Source: Magallana gigas (lineage: Eukaryota). Taken from it: a DNA stretch of 64,000 bases. A program made the position numbers and the translations under genes. Where the stretch lies: positions 25,296,001 through 25,360,000 of the forward strand of contig NC_088856.1 in assembly GCF_963853765.1 (NCBI RefSeq), written 5' to 3'. Below the pieces are notes generated by a model. That model did not search any database. It was not told where the DNA came from and saw nothing but the letters and a program-made list of their open reading frames with translations. Below, piece after piece: positions 58,125 through 64,000 of the stretch (its first letter is position 1; each line of letters starts with the position of its first letter).

Positions 58125-59986
58125 TTTTCTGAATCATTCATTTTCTTTAATTCATTCAAATTTTCTGTTATTTCAAAAATAGCGAATTCTTTGACTAACT
58201 GGCATTTTTTAAACAGCAGGCAACACGAATGATTGATAAGAAAAGTACAACCTGTTTAATTAGCTGTATAATAAGAAAAGCTAACAGCGAACTGTCGGAA
58301 CAAGCTTAACGCACCGTCTATTATAATCCCAGAAGCACGACAGGGTTAGCTCTGGATCAAAGAAAACAAAACAGGTTTTGCTTTTGTTTGCTTTGAGTGA
58401 GTTTTTTCCTTCTGAATTTGGTCTTTTGGGATAAGCTTGATCACGCTTTGATTTAAGTGTTGTTTATTTTTGTTAATTTTTTTTTTAACGGCATCTCTTC
58501 TTGCAAAATATTATACGCATACAATGTTTGTTTTTGATCTAATTATGTACAATGTAATATTTTTTTCATACCATACGTGTACTTAAGGACTGGGTATATG
58601 CATGTTAAGCGAAATCTAGACATGTATTAATTCATTTCTGTTAATAAATCTACGATTTTTTTTTTTACAGACAATTAAAATTAAGTTAACTTTGAAACAA
58701 TTTTCTTCGGTATTACACATTCACGTTTAAAATAAACCCAGTTCAATATTAAAGTTTTTATCAATACTTAAATAAAAAGCCATAAAGTAAAGTTTGTTTA
58801 ATATAAATGCAAATAAACAAAAGATTTAATTTAAGAATTATTAAATAAATAGACATCAATAAAATCCGTTCTTTGAACGTGTTATATTTATTATCTGCAC
58901 ATCAAATTAAAAGACGAATTTCGAACGATTTTAAAAAAAAAAATAGAGATAAAATTTAATGTCCTTTTTTATACCATGCATGCGTATATAATTTGAAGAA
59001 GAAACTTATCAAGAAAGTTTAAAGCGCATTGAAGTTTCTTTTAATAAAAAGTATCACAAAATTAACGACCTTTAATACATTGTTCGATTACAGATTTCAA
59101 CGTCGTAATTAGCTTACCTTTGAGCAACAAAATCCAATTGATAAATCTATCAACAATTTTTTGTTGTTGTTGTTTATACGGCAGCAAGAGGTCAAAGGGT
59201 GTACAGGCAATTTGCTCTATGTGACATTAAGCCCCGTAGCAATAGTCCCTGTCGTTTGCGAGATCAGATATCTGTAATTAACATTTCATCCAAACTACGG
59301 GGCCAGCCAATTCAATGTGGCATTCCACACATAACTGAAACGCTCGTCAAAAATCGTAAAAATTCAAACTGCGAGACCTTCAGGTGAAATATACACATTA
59401 GATTTAATTCTATTACCCCTGTTATTCGGGAGAGTTTTTAGCCCCAAGTATACCATGTTCTTGCCAAGTTTCGAACGCAGGGATTTTCTTCTAATAAAAA
59501 AAATAGGAGGGGATTCGCAGTTTCCTATAACCAACGTTACTGATTTAAGAGGGCAAGTCAGGCTTTTTATGACTGTAAATCGTATACATGTGTCATTCAT
59601 TGTATGTTTACCAACTATTTTATTCTATTTATGTTACCGTATTTCTTACAACATTGATTTGCGGTAACCGTTTTAGGTGTAACGTATTATTTAACTCCCT
59701 AGCTGTATTTAATAGGTCACTTTTTTTTTAAAGTAAGCAGATATAAGTGTCCATTTATTTAGTTGACACCTATATGACAATTTTAGGGAGCATGAAATCA
59801 TTCAAACTAGCGCCTTATATTTTTTTAGTAGCCTCTTGCGAATAGACGGAACGTAGCGTAAACCGTGTATATAAATTTTATGGTACTTACGTCTAGGAAT
59901 GAAGCGACAAATTTACCTTGCCTAAATAATAAAATGATTTTAATATTTTTCGAACTTAAAGTTTGTACATTTATCTTCATGAATAT

Positions 59987-60141
59987 NNNNNNNNNNNNNN
60001 NNNNNNNNNNNNNNNNNNNNNNNNNNNNNNNNNNNNNNNNNNNNNNNNNNNNNNNNNNNNNNNNNNNNNNNNNNNNNNNNNNNNNNNNNNNNNNNNNNNN
60101 NNNNNNNNNNNNNNNNNNNNNNNNNNNNNNNNNNNNNNNNN
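59987..60141. other. Assembly gap (N run)
   Basis: N characters. Confidence 0.99.
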
Positions 60142-60675
60142 TGTTTTCCCCTTCAAATCATTGTTGAAACAGTTAAGTTAAACGAATTCTTTGAATATTC
60201 TCGATATCGTCCGAAGATTTCATTCATTATGGCTGAATATTACATCACATCACATTACACACGTTTAATTTTTTTTTCTAAAATTACTAAATTCTTTTAA
60301 ATGTTTACTTACCAGTGCGATGTCTTCAATTAGTTTTTTTTTTTAAATTACACTTTCCTCCATGCACTTGTATTGTCATTAACGTGTTGTATATTTTTAT
60401 TTAGTTAAACACTATCTAGAAAATGACTGTACAACAAATACCAACTATTCACTCCTATCTTAGGAATCCATGAATATGTACTGGTTTAACCGACTTACAT
60501 GCAAATTATTTTATGATAGTTTCGATTTTAAAAAATTCTCTCTCTCTCTCTCTCTCTCCCCTTTCGCTCTCTCTCTCATTAAAATTTATGTTAGATTAAA
60601 TTAGATGTTAGATCCGCCCGCTTACTTGCTATTTTCGTATGTTTAGCATATAAGCGAGCGGATCCAACACATACC

Positions 60676-60821
60676 NNNNNNNNNNNNNNNNNNNNNNNNN
60701 NNNNNNNNNNNNNNNNNNNNNNNNNNNNNNNNNNNNNNNNNNNNNNNNNNNNNNNNNNNNNNNNNNNNNNNNNNNNNNNNNNNNNNNNNNNNNNNNNNNN
60801 NNNNNNNNNNNNNNNNNNNNN
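60676..60821. other. Assembly gap (N run)
   Basis: N characters. Confidence 0.99.
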
Positions 60822-61623
60822 GCAACTTTAAACACAATGGATACTTATCAACAGTGTACAGGAATGCATGCTTGATATATTATTAGCTGATGTATATATA
60901 TATATACTAGCTAATATATAAAGTAAACTGAAGTAAATTGGTTAAAAAATTTACAATATCAACTCGAACTGCTGATTATCACATACAGAAATAAGGCTTC
61001 AAAATTTTTCATTTTATAGTAGGATATAATTTTCTGTACTACACGTACAAATAACTGTACTTTCAGTTTCAGTGTTTGTTTTGTTGAACAATGTGTATAC
61101 TCTATAAACCGCCGCCCTACCCTAACGTTCCAGGAAAAACGGAAAGCACCTTTTTTGCCAAGTTACTCCTGTGGTAAAGTTAAAAGCAGTGGCGAAAGGA
61201 AGAAACAATATGCTCATGCACGTATATTGTTCTACTTACAGATTTAACCAATTTCATTTCTCATTATTTGCGTCAATTGTACGATTAAGACGCTTTAAAA
61301 GTTATCTTTATTCTTGACCAAATGGACCATTTCATTACGATCATTTATCCTTATTTTATTTATAGGAAAGTTTTTTTTAAAGAATTCTCAACTTATGAAT
61401 TGACATAGATAGAAGCCCAACAATATGCACATCTTTGAAACTACAACTGATGACTATGGTAAATGTACATGTAATTCAATTGCATATTCCGTTGACCTAT
61501 ATATTTTGTGTAATTAAAAACTATATTAATATTATATATCTGAATATATAAATTACAGTATCTGTACCCGATTTCAATTGTTCATTTTTATTAGTACGAT
61601 AAAAATATGTTGAAATCTGATAA

Positions 61624-61887
61624 GGCCTATAAAAAAAATTGTGTGTTTAGGGTAACACTGATCAAAATATTAGGTTAGGTAGGTAGGGATTTTTTTTTTA
61701 TTTTATCATATTTTTTCATGCATGAATCCTAAGAGTGTTTGTTTGTGTCATATTTTAAAAATGGGTTTTTAATAGAAATAATATAAAAATCACAAACAGA
61801 TAAAAACAGACATCTAAAAATGGTAGGATCGGGGCATTTTTGTAGGTTAGGTAGGGTTACCCTAAACATACAACTTTTTTTTAGGCC
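61624..61887. mobile_element. PIF/Harbinger-type MITE
   Basis: TAA|GGCCTATAAAAAAAATTGTGTGTTTAGGGTAAC ... GTTACCCTAAACATACAACTTTTTTTTAGGCC|TAA, i.e. a TAA TSD. Confidence 0.75.
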
Positions 61888-64000
61888 TAAAACTATAACA
61901 TGAATAACAAGGTGATGTTATTGTGATTACATAAAGAATGGTTGAATCTGTAATTTCCATGGTTTTTGCCTGTAGAATCGTATCAAATCACATCAATAAT
62001 TCGAATACCTTCTTCATTGAACATTTTATTCAGGAGTCGGGAACCAATTCGTTAAGAGGGCACGATGGTGTTATTGAGACTTAAATATGTAGGAGAACAT
62101 TCAAATTTTAAAGGTAAAATTTTTAAAATTTTTCATTACTTTATGATAGTTTATGGCGAAAACTTTGAGTTAGATTTGATGGATAATCTGTTGACCATCC
62201 AGACATCATAAATGCTAATCAAAACGACGTTTCACCTGTAAAATTGCAGAAATGGCAATTAATGACGCCAGGCTGTTGTAACAGCAGATGATTTAGACAC
62301 ACAAGGGGTTTAGTCATGTCCATATTACAGTAAGTGGCATTGAAAATGTGTTAAGTTATTGGAAAATGCCAGAAGAGACGCACTCGATGACGCTCAATCT
62401 TGTGAATATGACGTCTTAGGTAAGGTCAATACGAATTTGAGATAGTCCCAACTACATCTCTAGAGATTACTTATCTAGAACGTTAGGCCTAACTTATTTT
62501 ACACAGAAAAAGTAATTTTTGCCTTGAATAACGTACATGTAGTTCGAAATTTCATTTTAAAGTAATTTTACAAAAATGTACCTTTTCTTTCATCTACTAG
62601 ATTTGAAAAATACTTTTCTATACATTGTTCAAGACTTTTGTGTTAAAACTCACGTAGATCATTGGGGCACAGATACCTTTGTAAATAAAAAGAACGGAGT
62701 AATTGAATTGAGATTCGAATGAATCGCATACAGAAAGAGAGACAATTCATGGTGAATCATTTAAGAACATTCTTTTAAATTTAAAACTGTTTTTTATTTC
62801 AGTTTTGCCTGTTTCTTTTATTGTTAAATTGTTCCATTTTATAGTTTTATACAATGAAGCTTACCTGAGGGAAATAAACTGTCCACTTCAAGCACCACAT
62901 CCTACTTTTAAATATTAAATCAAATTGTAAATAAAAGCGGAAAACAACATAACAGGCATTGTTCAATTACAAATTTGTTCAAATCATGACAATTGCTTCA
63001 AGAAATGGGCCCAGATTATGTGACGATATTAAGAGCAAGCAACGTAGGACAGAACTTGAAAAAATTCTGAAAGAACTACCCGACGATACATTTTGACTTA
63101 TTCCTAAGCAAGTAAACTAATGTAGTGTAGATCTAAGTATGTACAAACTGATCCCCTGACCAGTATTTGAGAAGATGCAAACATTTTGTGAAACTTTTCA
63201 GACTTCGGAATTTTTAACAAATTGAGATAAGCATGCATTGTGTCCCACTACCCTCTATAAAATTTTTCTATGAGAATTTTTTTTCTTATAATATGTATAG
63301 GATAAAAAGAAATAATACTTTTTAATAGATATTTCAAAGTTTGGTTATATCATTAATATACACGCTGAAAAACAAATAGCAGATTTATCATTAAATTTTC
63401 TCTACTGTTTTATTGTTTTTGCAACCATTTTTTTTTTTAATCTTTTAAGTCTATGCAACCATCATACTACATGTATATCTTTAAATGACTTTATACCAAA
63501 TGTTTGATTTCAATTTAGATATACACGATTTGTTGTAGTAATTATCTATGTTTTATCATTTGAAAATTTAAAAAAGTCAAGAAACGAAACCAGAAGTTAA
63601 ACTTCGTGCTTGACATAGTCGAATCGCCGTCTGGTGAACTTGAAAACTAAGTTAAGAGGTTCACAGGCTGTGTGTTAGAATATATAATATTGCATACGCT
63701 TTGCCCTTGGTACATGATGTACATGGTAGTCACAGGATTATTTCCCTTTAAAAGCGTCATGGCGTTATCGCGGATTTAGATAGAAGAAAACGGTCCAAAC
63801 TAAGGATAGAGCTTTCACGAGTATATACCTAAATTGTAAGAAGACTTCAACACCTGAACAACTACGATACTTTTATTCCTTACAACAACAAGAACATGAA
63901 TCCAAAAGTTGGTAAGAAACTTGAAAACGCTTGCATTTTTTTTTTTTACTATTCTTGAATTATATTTTGTCCCGTCAAAAATTGGTTATGATTATCCTTT

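Noticed and set aside
59364-59600. Minus-strand TTACAG|TCATAAAAAGCC resembling a TIMP exon 2 start
   Set aside because: No TIMP motifs follow, and no donor or flanking exons were found.
62850-63915. Scattered short exon-like or ORF-like pieces (62870-62910 minus, 62986-63108 plus, 63841-63911 plus)
   Set aside because: They do not chain into a consistent gene within the window.

Overview
AT-rich eukaryotic genomic DNA with spliceosomal introns and four N gaps. The repeat families and gene types suggest a bivalve, most likely a Crassostrea/Magallana oyster (inference). From left to right: (1) 1-15.0 kb is a tandem segmental duplication with two full units and a truncated third. Each full unit carries a single-coding-exon, RING-less B-box/coiled-coil/NHL (TRIM-NHL-like) gene, a degenerate signal-peptide/GPI-like gene, a nonsense copy of a micropeptide gene, and MITEs or Helentron-type elements. 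(2) 18139-30636 is an intact, very young 12.5-kb Ty3/Gypsy element with 4-bp TSD and near-identical 1.73-kb LTRs. Its gag and pol are in frame and separated by one TAG followed by an 8-nt spacer and a perfect hairpin (readthrough-like). Pol ends in a chromodomain, and a third ORF encodes an F-type (baculovirus F/errantivirus-like) Env. The element is nested in a non-autonomous TIR element and lies between inverted copies of a 45-aa micropeptide gene that the ORF track misses. (3) 36.0-43.0 kb is RRP9 (U3-55K), with 13 phase-consistent exons. (4) 45.3-57.1 kb holds two divergent, tail-to-tail five-exon TIMP genes. (5) 58-64 kb appears intergenic. All alignments and translations were done by eye; no database searches were run.
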